Shown: positions 52,851 through 64,000 of the stretch, one piece after another
Position numbering within the stretch: the stretch's first letter is position 1
Layout: the number at the start of each line of letters is the position of its first letter
Source: Sphyrna mokarran
Taxonomy: Eukaryota
NCBI GenBank assembly: GCA_024679065.1
Contig: JAGIQG010000018.1
Location: 46,128,001 to 46,192,000, forward strand
DNA: 64,000 nt
Direction: 5' to 3'
The notes under the pieces: generated by a model
Told to the model about the DNA's origin: nothing
Database searches by the model: none
Seen by the model: only the letters and a program-made list of their open reading frames with translations
Translations under genes and position numbers: made by a program

Positions 52851-53637
52851 TATCTATGAACTCTCTCAGAAATAGAATAGGAAAAATTTTTTTATCAATG
52901 GTTCATAATTCAACCTGTCAATAATTTGATGCCAAAAAGGCAGAACTTTGAACAATGCATAATAAAAAATGAAAATCCCAATTAACTGTTTGTCCAGAAT
53001 GTCATTAAGACTGGTAATATTAATGGAATATTAAATCCAATTTCATTCAAATCTAGATGATTACAGTTGGATATGCATGCTTGTCATACATTAAATGATG
53101 GGTTTTTTTGGAACGTATTCATGCTTTTGCATGCCTGGAGATTTGGCTTCATGAATTATATATTTTATGTAATTTTATTAACCCTTATAAGATCCAGTGT
53201 ATACAAAGGCACCACACAAATCTAATCCTGTGTGCTGAATTAGTCTGACAACCGCTTTAAGATTGTCAGTCAGGCTCACAGTATTTGCATAATAGTGCCC
53301 TGTTTCTTGCACACAGAAAGAACATGTACATGCATTATATCTGTTTTTGTTGAGCAAAATAAATGATAAATGATAATGACAAATGATATTTGTTGGTTTA
53401 TTCCATAATGCATTGCCCTGACCAATCAGAGTCAATTTGTCTGGTTTAAATGTTTGGCAGTTAACTGTGAGACACCATTAACTGGTGTGTCTTCCATAGC
53501 ATTACATCTAACAATCAGAGTCCACTTGTTAACCAATGAACATTCTGTTCTCATAGAATATAAAATTTCCCCTGATATTGGTACTCTTGCAATTCTTGCA
53601 AGTGCAAAATGAAAAGCTTTGAGATAATAGGTGAAGC

Positions 53638-53720
53638 TCCCCCCTCCCCTCCCCACAACTACCCCCCGCCCCCCCTACCACCCCCCCCCACCCACCCCCC
53701 CCCCCCCAACCCCCATCCAC
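53638..53720. repeat. C-rich low-complexity tract (G-quadruplex potential on the minus strand) within a small MITE ending AAAATCCTGCCC at about 53830
   Basis: Multiple long C runs visible directly. Confidence 0.6.
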
Positions 53721-56169
53721 TGCAGGAATTGTAGTGGGTGGAACAGAAAAAAATGGTGGATCATATAAAGATCCATTGACCTTGGTAGGAATTTCTAGTC
53801 TTGGGGCATACACAGACAGAAAATCCTGCCCATTTTTTTTTCAGCAATACTCAAGTTCTGTATTATCAAATGACTAATTTATATCATCTTTTTAAAACTG
53901 TGTGAATCATAACTGAGAATCCAATTGTTTAGTTACAATTCAATCTAAAGCAGGAAAAGACTAAAGATTGTGAACAATTTGCTAGATTAAAGTGGGATAT
54001 AATATATTATCATAGTCTGCAGAAGCACTGTCTTGCTCAGCCACGAGGCATAAGCAAATTTCCAGAAAATTAAATAAAACATAGCATTAATTATTGTGAT
54101 TCAGTTCAATGCATGATGCCTTGCAACTTAGCCTAACAATCGAGATTGTTATTGTACATGATTAAGGGGTTCATGCTAATACTATATTCACATTTGGATG
54201 GAATAGGTAAACAATGAGATTATGGTGGTAATGAAGGTTAAATAAGTTCCTGGCACCTATGTCATTTGTATATTATACAGGAGCATATAAACTTTTGAGA
54301 GAAGTCAGATTAATTCAGTATTGGTGTTACATGCTCAGATGTTGTGAATTTATATGATATTTATGTGTGAGAATGTTTTTATTATTTATTGTTCTGAATC
54401 TGTCTTCCCTAACAGAAGTCTCCAGAGTACACAGTATAACCAATATGGATGTTTTGACAACTGTTCTTTACATCTTGAGGGATTACATAGAGATGAAAAT
54501 GGAAATGGGCTACCAACATATTGGGTGAAAAATTGTGCTTTCTCCCATGACAAGTTTAATAGTACTTTCCAACATTTTTGGGAAGATGGCAGGCCCAAGG
54601 TGATGACAAAGGCAAGGAATGATGAGATCAGCAGGCTGAAATGCTCGCCTTGATTCATTGGCCCAGTTGTAATGATGATGTCAGGCCCTGAAACCCTCAT
54701 CCAGATATGCCCCACCCCTCCCCCATATCCTCTACATACTCCCCATACTTTCTCCATGCCCCCTCATATTCTCCCTGCTGCTTCTATGCTCCTCCTTATC
54801 CCCATGCCTCCTCCATTTTCCCCCCTATCACCCATTTATCCTCCATTGCCACTCCCCCTATCCAATATAAACAAACTTCAGGATAAAATGGATATTAAAA
54901 AATAATTCTAATAGTCTAAAATAGCTGTCATTAAATCACAATTGCCATTGAAAATGCTCTCTTTCTTAAAAAACATTCGAAAAATCCTCTCAAGTGCTCA
55001 ATTTGTTTTAAAATAACCATATCAAATAACTTTTTTGTACTTCACAGCAGGAGCAGGTAGCATTTTTCTTACTCTTGGTTCTCTGCTTGAAATTAGGGTT
55101 CTCCCATTGCTTGAGTAGAAAACAGAGAACAGCCATAGAACCTTTAAGCCTTTATGTACTCTGCTTATCACTTACATCTTTAAACCAACAGCTCTTGCTA
55201 AAACCGACTTTGTGAAGTTAACTTTCACGTGTTGAATTTGTTTTGATCAAACAGGAAGTCGACGTCTGTTATTTGTCCCATGAATTTTCAATACAATTTG
55301 TTCCCAGCAACCGCTAGATCAGACTTAATGAGACATCTGCCTTTTTTTTCATGTCTGTGGTTGAAGCTAGTTGTAAAATTTGTTTAACACACTAAAACAT
55401 CAAATATGTGCATACAGATTTTTAAAATATCATCATTGGTACAGAAAGTAGTAGTAATAAAGGCAGATTTTGACCCGCTTCATTTCATGCTCAAAGTTAA
55501 ACTCTTAATGCCATTGACACTAGTCTATATATGCATAATGCAGAAACATTAATACAGAATTCTGCACATTACCACTAACCAAATGAGTAGGCAGTGTGTT
55601 TTTTCTGCTTCCTGCCAAAATATTCTGTACTTGGCTGCCAGTGGGTGCATGTGAGTCATAAATGAAAATTCTCCAATATCGCCACTTACACACATAATTC
55701 TGTTCCACATGGGAGCCCACCAAGATGTGGGCAGGTGTGGATTATAATGGTTGATATAAACCTGACACAGGCGACTGCACAACTTGTGGCATTAGACACA
55801 AGAACAATGAAGGCCAAGAAATGTCAGTGAATGTTACTCCTCCACTGCTTTCAATTCTGGGATTTTGCTAATTACAGTTGCAAGTGATGAGATTGTCAAA
55901 CTATTCCAAAAGATGGATCAAATGACTTCTACTCTCAAGCCTTCAAACACAAAATATATGGTGTAACTTGACTATGGCAAGCCAATGGTAAGCCACAGTG
56001 CACAAATGCACTCCTCCAAACATGACCTCTTACATAAAAGGAATAAAACGCATGTACGATCATTTGCAGTTGCAACTCATGCATATTCTTGGTCAACAAT
56101 CAAAATCATCACACATGTACGGAAAACTGTTCATTCTAGTCTGCCCCACTTTTGACTGTCATTACACAC

Positions 56170-57300
56170 CATAATTCTTAAAGCATTCAGGTTTTCTAGT
56201 AAGGGTTGTCATTGACTGTTCATCTGGTATCCAATTGTTTCTGCATGATGTCACCTATGCAAGGAAATGTCAATGCCATTGTGAGTGTTATTGCTCTGAT
56301 AATTACTTTGTTGCTACTCCATTGCCTCTATTGGGGAGCAGTTAGCCTTTGGGACAGAGTCATTCTGTTCCTTGTGGAGTTGATGAAATTGTACCTTCCT
56401 CAATCAGCTGTCTGCTGTGAAGGAGCAGCTTCTGTGGTTATGCCAATAAAATTGATCGTTCATTTTCAAAATCACAATCAAAGTGACAACTTCCCTACAC
56501 AGGGCCTAAGTTGGCAAGTTGAGGGCATTGAATATTTACACCCTGACCATCTCTCTAACCCTTAGCTTTGGCAGTGATTTGGCAACTTCATCAAAGTAAA
56601 ATTTGACTTTCTGTTGTTTCACTTTGATTTGTCATTCTCTCTTGTTACTACTTCTGATTTCAGTATTTTTTTAGCTATTGAGGAGTCACTCGGATACATC
56701 ATGCCATTAGTCATTGGACTAGACTATCTTTCATGCCTTCAGTATTTTTCTCCACTCTAAAATAGTATTGTGCACATGGATGCTGGATCGATTCAATTTT
56801 TGACAATCCCTTCTGCAATTTTCACTGCTGCCTCAATCTTTCCATTTGATTGGGGTAGTGTGGAGATGAGAGTAATGATGAATTTTCCAATCATTTATGA
56901 AGCATCTGAATTTTTAAAAATTAAACTGAGGGCCATTGTCCTCACCACAATGTCTGGAATGCCATAATGACTGAAGTTGGCTTTCAGGCATTCTATAGTC
57001 CCATTGGTATTCATTGACATCAGTTGATCTAACTCCTGGTATTCGACTCTATGACAAAATAATCAGTTCCAGTGAGAGTGAAGAGGCCTACTACTTCAAT
57101 CATGATCTGTAGAATGTCAGTCACAAGAGACTTTTTAGTTTGATGTTTATTACAGGCACTGCACTGGCTTATGTGGTTCTTGATCACATTGCTCATGTTT
57201 GTGCTCAGAGTGCCAGAGCACTCTCCTGGACTTCCTTAGACTATTTGAGGTTCTTTGAATCTATACAAACTCACAGCTTTCCAGATTTTTTCACGTTTTC
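56170..57300 (-). mobile_element. Ty3/Gypsy pol remnant (integrase)
   Basis: Minus-strand fragments MSNVIKNHISQCSACNKHQ (zinc finger), GIPDIVV/DNGPQF, SSPHYPQSNGKIEAAVKIA (catalytic core) and KQQKVKFYFDEVAKSLPKLRVREMVRV; frameshifted. Confidence 0.8.
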
Positions 57301-57384
57301 CTGCTGCTAATAGAGCCTGTAGAAGTTGTCATTTTCTTGATTACTCCCACATTTTCAAATTCCTCTGTCATAAAATTCCATAGA

Positions 57385-57602
57385 ATCCCATTCGGGATTC
57401 GGTGCGGGCTCATTGGGCCGAAGGGCCTGTTTTCCGTGCTGTGTTGTTGTTCTTTGTTCATCAGTGCAGAGGGAGGCCATTTGGTCAGCCCATCAAGTTT
57501 ACTAAGGCTTATCCCATTACCCCACATATTTACCCCACTAATCCCCCTATTTATGGGACACTAAGGGCTAATTTAGCATGGCCAATCAACCTGACCTGTG
57601 CA
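57385..57602. mobile_element. Tail-to-tail CR1-type 3' ends (plus-strand tail, then minus-strand HE1 tail)
   Basis: GGGCCGAAGGGCCTG...TTCTTTGTTC then CAGTGCAGAGGGAGGCCAT...TTTAGCATGGCCAATCAACC. Confidence 0.6.
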
Positions 57603-58204
57603 GAAAGATAGAAAAGAAAAGGGCTACTATAAAATTGGCAGATTCTGCTAGGGTTTTTGTTTAATCAATTTAGATGTGGATTCACTTTAAATCAGTGGTG
57701 AACAAGTCTGTTAGTAACTATAGTGAAATGTTTTAAATACTTTGTAGTTTTAAAGATACATGTAATACCTTTAATTAGTCACACATGTAAATATACCTTC
57801 CATACATTTTTAGAAATTAAACAAAGAAACTTTGAAGCACAGTTGCAGAGTGCCCCTTTAATACCAAACATACATTAGATACATTCCTTTAAAACATCCG
57901 ACTGGTGGAATCACATGCCATAAAGGAGACTTAATTGCTTCATCAGACATCTTATCAGAAATAACTGATACAAGAGCAAGTTTTAATGAAATTGCCTTCA
58001 CAGTTTCTAATCAAAACAGAGTCAGAAAGATATTAGTGTCTTAACTAACCAAACAGTTATGAAAGGAGACTTAGTGAGAACTGACAAGACTTAATGGTAA
58101 CATAATGATACCCTTGAAATTGTAAGTAGTGCTAAAAAGCTTAGTCATTGAATTGATAAGTAATACATACCTCTGTTTCATTATGTTGGCAATAAACAAA
58201 ACTT

Positions 58205-59090
58205 ATCAAGGCTATTTGTTATATATATAAATGACTTGGAAGAGGGAGTAACTGGTGTGATGAGCAAGTTTGCAGATGACATGAAAATGGCTGGACTTGC
58301 TGTTAGTGATAAACAATGTCGGACAATACAGCAGGGTATAGATAGGCTAGTAAATGGGGCGCAAAAATGGCAGATGGAATTTAATCCAGATAAATGAGAG
58401 GTGATGCATTTTAAAAGAAATAATGTAGGGGAGAATTGAACAATAAATGGTAGCACTATTAAGAGTATAGAAATACAGAGGGACCTAGGTGTGCAAGTTC
58501 ACAAGTTCTTGAAGGTGACAGTACAGGTAGAGATGGTGGCAAAGAAGGCATATGGTATGCTTGCCTTTATAGGAAGGGGTATAGAGTACAAAAGCTGACG
58601 TATAGAACATTGGTTAGAGAACATTTGGAGTACTGTGTCCAGTTCTGGTCGCCGCACTACCGGAAGGATGTAGAGACTCTGGAGAGAGTGCAGAGGAGGT
58701 TACCAGGATGTTGCCTGGTATGGAAGGTCTTAGCTATGAGGAGAGATTGGGCAAATTGGGGTTGTTCTTCCTGGAAAGACGGAGAATGAGGAGAGACCTA
58801 ATAGAGGTGTATAAGATTATGAAGGGTATAGATAGAGTGAATAGTGAGAAGCTTTTTCCCGGGTTGGATACAAAAATCACGAAGGGCCACAGGCTTAGGG
58901 TTAGAGGGGTGAGGTATAGTTCAGATGTTAGAGGGAGGTTTTTCACACAGAGGGTTGTGGGGGTCTGGAATGCACTGCCAAGTAGGATGGTAGGGGCAAG
59001 CACACTGGAGTTTTTAACGCTTACCTAGATGGGTACATGAGCAGACTAGAGATGGAGAGATATAAAAAGAATGTTCTGGTTAAGGATCAA
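58205..59090 (+). mobile_element. CR1 LINE ORF2 3' fragment
   Basis: FVIYINDL...SKFADD motifs; [20 protein letters not shown]...RGRFFTQRVVGVWNALP. Confidence 0.92.
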
Positions 59091-59382
59091 GAGCCTTAGG
59101 ATGTTCCTGTTAATCAATAGATTTCTACAGGCCATTCAATATCTTTTATGGCTCACCTGACTCTTATGTTTGAGCTTCTAGGGATCTTCTGTGAAAGTCT
59201 ATATAGACTGTGCATATTTATTGATGCCTCCTTTTTTACATCCACAGGTGATTCGGTCTGCCTTGTTGGCCAACAAGGGGCATATACGTGGTGGGTCATG
59301 CAAGGGCTGCTCTCAAATGTTGCTTTGAGAGTTGCCTAGTGCTTCATGTTGTTAGTGTACGCTTAACCTGGACCAACTGACA

Positions 59383-59780
59383 GGCAACACAACAGCTCAG
59401 TGACTATGACTGTTTGCCATGCAGATACATGTACCTGTGTCGGATCTCCGACTTGGGTCGGTGTCTGTGGAAGTTTGAACATTCTCCCCATGCTTGTGTG
59501 TGTTTTCTCCGGGTGCTCTGGTTTCCTCCTACACTCCAAAAACGTGCTTTTAGGCTGATTGGTGTGAACAAATTGTCCCTGAATTAGACCTCCCTTAATC
59601 TGGCACACATAATATTCTCTAAATTTGCACCCCTTTTATTGTGGAGTCCAAGAGGCGTAAACAAAAGTCGTAGGTAGAAGAAGAATTGGAATAAGGCACT
59701 CACTGAATGTTAAAATGGGTGGCATGGGCTTGTAGGGCCAAAGGGCCTATGTCCTGTGCTGTGTTGTTCTTTGTTCTTAT
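59383..59780 (+). mobile_element. Decayed V-SINE with CR1-type tail
   Basis: GTCTGTGGAAGTTTGAACATTCTCCCC...TCTCCGGGTGCTCTGGTTTCCTCC core; tail GGGCCAAAGGGCCT...TTCTTTGTTCTT. Confidence 0.7.
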
Positions 59781-59789
59781 AACTGGGAA

Positions 59790-61371
59790 ATATCTTGACA
59801 GCAAGATGAGTCGGCCACATCACATAGAGATTCAGTTAACTTCACTGACAAGACCATAAAATACTAATGGCTTTTGTAAGCCTCCTTCATCAATTAAAGG
59901 ATGCCTGTGTGAGATTGTTTTAGGGAAGATGCTTTGTGAGGCTGCTATCAAGAATACAGATATGATGTCTGCCTAAGAGACTGGAGGATGGGCTTAGGGA
60001 TGATATGTTGGGATACCCATGAGATATCATGATCTCATAGATCAGGGTGATTCAGTATTTTTTCTATTGGATCAATACATAAAGAATGTCATTTATAACA
60101 GTTCTGATTGGATTGTGTCCAACTGACTGTGAGCTGCAGAACTGAATAAACAAGGATGATTTTCTTTGTCCGTTGGAGTGGTATCTGAACCCATTGTGTC
60201 GGGAGCTGACCCCTTTGCCAGCAAATAAAATAAAGACAATCTGTCAGTTAATTATCTTGTGTTAATGTGTGTTTGTGTTAAATCAAACTTGAAAGTCGGG
60301 ATTTTGACAGTATTCCTTGGAGGTTCCGCCAAGATCGCTTGCTCCTAGCTAGTGAGTAAACAGACACAAAAGTACAGTGGCTTTCTAGGGAATGACTCTA
60401 ACTGGCCAATATAAAAAAGTGATACTTCAGTCACTAAAGAGACTCTCCCTTGGATGCTTCAAAATGCAGTCTGTTTGTCCCAGTGGGTGCACTGTGATAT
60501 TTGACTTATTTCAGGAATGGGTTAACTTTTTTTATCACTTCCTCTTTTCAGCTTGATGACAAAGAGGGACAGATTGTTCAAATTCCACTCCTGAACAGAC
60601 TGGGCAGGTTGGCTCAAGTGAGACTAAAAGAAAGATGCCATAAGAAAGAGAGAGAGTCTTTGTTCCCTCTGGGAGAGAACAGTCTCTGATGTGGCAAGAA
60701 AGGTAAAAGAGACAGACCTTTGTGTGATAGGATCATAAGTGAGAATAAGTAAAGTGCAGTGTTAGAGTTTACGATGCTGTGCTAAGGGCTCTGTCTACAG
60801 TGGCAAACAATGCAGCAGAGAATGGTTTATATGTTTAGTTAAAGCATAAGTTTGTACTGGTTGTGATATTTGTTGTGAGTTTTGTACTCTATGTTCCTGT
60901 AGAATCAAATCATTGGGAAGTAACAGGGAGTTATACAATAAATCGCCCTTAACCGATTGAGTTGCTGTGATAATCAGTTGATTGGCAAATGAGTGGCTTG
61001 TATCCCACAAATATCTCAGACACCATATTGAGCCAGAATTAAGAGCCCAAATGGGTCACATGAAAGCCAGATGAAGTGGGTGTAGAGAACACTAGCTGGA
61101 GCTACAGGACTGTGCTACTGTGATCTGTATCAACTCTATCAGTTAAGAGAATGGGAGCTGGTTTGAGTAAAATCCCCCAGAAGGAAATACAAACTTACTT
61201 TATTTTTAAAATTGCGGTCAGTCATCAATCAGTGACCTGCAAAAATGGATAGAATGGACGAAGGACAAGATTAAATCTTTCCCACTTGATAGAATAACAT
61301 GTCTAGAAGAATGCCTTTTGAATAGAAATCCCCCCAAAAAATCAGCTTTTGGAGATTAGAAAAGGGAGGAG
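59790..61371 (+). mobile_element. Endogenous retrovirus 5' end: LTR, tRNA-Gln PBS, leader and start of gag
   Basis: AATAAA at 60224; LTR-like end TTTTGACA at 60309; TGGAGGTTCCGCCAAGAT at 60318-60335; GTGAGTA donor; ATG at 61151 giving MGAGLSK, and after a frameshift LQKWIEWTKDKIKSFPL. LTR start is approximate. Confidence 0.65.
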
Positions 61372-64000
61372 TAGAACATAGAACATTACAGCGCAGAACA
61401 GGCCCTTTGGCCTTCGATGTTGCGCCAACCAATTAAGATAAAGCAATGACCCTCTAACCTAAACCATTCCCTTTTCATCCATAAACTTATCTACTAATCT
61501 CTTAAACGCCACCAAACTTGGCGCATCTACAACTGCAGCAGGCAGGGCATTCCATACCTTTACCACCCTCTGGGTAAAGAACCTACCTCTGACATCCATC
61601 CTATAACTACCACCCCTTAATTTTAAAGCTATGTCCCCTCGTGCTAGCTTTCTCCATCCTAGGAAAAAGGCTATCACTGTCCACCCTATCTAAACCTCTA
61701 ATCACCTTATATGTTTCAATAAGGTCTCCTCTTAGCCGCCTTCTTTCTAACGAAAACAACCTCAAATCCTCAGCCTCTCTTCATAAGACCTGCCCTCCAT
61801 ACCAGGCAACATCCTGGTAAACCTCCTCTGTACCCTCTCCAATGCCTCCACATCTTTATTATAATGCGGGGACCAGAACTGTATACAATACTCCAAGTGC
61901 GGCCGCACTAGAGTTTTGTACAGTTGCAACATGACGTTGCGGCTCCGAAATTCAATCCCCCTACCAATAAAAGCTAAGACTCCGTATGCTTCTTAACAAC
62001 CTTATCGACTTGATTGCCAACTTTCAGGGATCTATGCACATATACACCAAGATCCCTCTGTTCATCAACACTATTAAGAGTCCTACCATTATCCCTATAC
62101 TCTACACATTTGTTATTCCTGCCAAAGTGAATTACTCACACTTTTCCACATGAAACTCCATTTGCCACCTCTTGGCCCAGCTCTGCAAATTGTCCAAGTC
62201 TCTCTGCAAACTATAACACCCCTCTTCACTACCTACCACTCCTACGACTTTGGTGTCATCCGCAAATTTACTAATCCATCCTTCAATACCCTCATCCAGA
62301 TCATTTATAAAAATTACGAACAGCAGGGGCCCCAAAACAGATCCCTGAGGTACACCACTTGTAACCGAACTCCATGATGAAAAATTTCCCTCAACCACCA
62401 CCCTCTGTCTTCTATCTGCTAGCCAATTCCTAATCCAATTAGCTAAATCACCCTCAATCCCATACATCTGCATTTTCTGCAGAATCCTTCCATGGGCCAC
62501 CTTATCGAACGCCTTACTAAAGTCCATATATGTCACATCAACTGCCTTACCCCCATCCACCTCTTTGGTCACTTTTTCAAAAACTCAATAAGGTTAGTAA
62601 GGCACGACCTACCCTTCACAAAACCATGCTGACTATCCCCAATCAATTCATTTCTCTCTAAATAACTATAAATCCTATCCTGAATAATTCTCTCCAATAC
62701 TTTGCCCACCAAAGAAGTAAGACTCATTGGCCTATAATTCCCTGGAAGGTCTCTCTTCCCCTTCTTGAACAATGGGACCACATTCGCTATCCTCCAGTCG
62801 TCCGGAACCACACCCGTAACCAACGACGACCTGAAGATCAGAGCCAGAGGCTCTGCAATCTCCTCTCTTGCCTCCCAGAGAATCCTAGGTAAATCCCGTC
62901 CGGCCCAGGGGACTTATCCAACTTCAAACCCTCAAGAATATCTAGCACATCCTCCCTATCTACTTCAATACTTTCCAGTTTGCAACCCTGTACCTCAGTG
63001 TTCTCCACAACTACATTTACATCTCCCTGTGTGAATACCAAAGAGAAATATTTATTCAGTGCCTCTCCAATCTCTTCAGGCTCCACGCACAACTTCCCAA
63101 TGCTGTCTATGACTGGCCCTAATCTTGTCCTAACCAATCTTCTATTCTTAACATATCTAAAGAAAGCTTTAGGATTCTCCTTAATCCTATCAGCCAAAGT
63201 CTTCTCGTGTCCTCTCTTAGCTCTCCTCAATTCACTCTTTAGCTCCCTCCTGGCTAATCTGTAGCTATCCATTGCACTAACCGAGCCTTCAATCCTCATC
63301 CTGACATAAGCCTCCTTTTTCCTTTTAACCAGCAAATCAACTTTTTTCATACACCAAGGTTCTCTTACTCGACCATTTCCTCCTTGCCTTACAGGGACAT
63401 ACTTATCAAGGACTCGCAGCAGCTGCTCCTTGAATAAGCTCCACATTTCAGATGTTCCCAGTCCCTGTAGTTTCCTAGTCCAACCTATGCACCCTAATTC
63501 CCTCCTAATGGCCTCATAATTACCATTCCCCCAGCTATAACTACTGCCCCCAGGTTCGTGCCTATCCCTATCCATCACTAAGGTGAATGTAACCGAATTG
63601 TGGTCACTATCACCAAAATGTTCACCAACTTCCAAGTCGAACACCTGGTCTGGCTCATTGCCCAGCACCAAATCCAATGTAGCCTCACCTCTAGTTGGCC
63701 TATCTACACACTGAGTCAAAAAACTTCCTGCACACTTTGTACAAAAACTGACCCCTCTAACGAGCTAGAGCTATAGCTATTCCAATCAATATTAGTGAAG
63801 TTAAAGTCCCCCATAACAATTACCCTATTACTTTCACTCCTGTCCAGGATCGACTTTGCAATCCTTTCCTCTACCTCTCTAGAACTTTTAGGAGGTCTAT
63901 AAAAGACTCCCAACAGGGTGACCTCTCCTCTCCTGTTTCTAATCTCAGCCCATACTATCTCAACAGACAAGTCCTCATCAAACTTCCTTTCTGTCACTGT
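61372..64000 (-). mobile_element. Relatively young CR1 (HER1-like) LINE, ORF2 endonuclease-RT with frameshifts; runs off the window
   Basis: GVFYRPP, MGDFN, DSDHN (APE); [36 protein letters not shown] (RT); (TTCTATG)n tail at 61372-61386. Confidence 0.96.

Noticed and set aside
56200-56245. QLDT protease-like motif downstream of the integrase, suggesting scrambled pol order
   Set aside because: Better explained as the decayed pol C-terminus (TR...PECFKNYGV*).

Overview
Eukaryotic vertebrate DNA, almost certainly an elasmobranch (shark), judged from HE1/V-SINEs, Deu-domain SINEs and shark-type CR1 LINEs. The only host coding sequence I can support is the first coding exon of an NMDA receptor subunit, GRIN2A (GluN2A), on the minus strand at 32696-33094. 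Positions 1-32695 are the start of the following long intron. About 32-40 kb is a CpG-retaining, largely TE-poor regulatory domain. The rest is a dense mosaic of decayed mobile elements: CR1 and Rex1/Babar LINEs, tRNA-derived SINEs, PIF/Harbinger elements (two carrying a spliced Myb/SANT gene), Gypsy solo LTRs and an integrase remnant, and the 5' end of a class I-like endogenous retrovirus. The most notable observations are: (1) this GluN2A lacks the H42/H44 zinc-site histidines and has GluN2B-like residues; (2) an ERV 5' end with a tRNA-Gln primer-binding site and a myristoylation-type Gag start; (3) a Penelope-type minimal hammerhead ribozyme motif about 5 kb upstream of the coding exon on the GRIN2A strand; (4) SINEs sharing 3' tails with three different LINEs. 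I see no evidence of a prokaryotic-type system. TE boundaries are approximate unless a TSD is quoted, and all comparisons to outside sequences are from memory, not searches.
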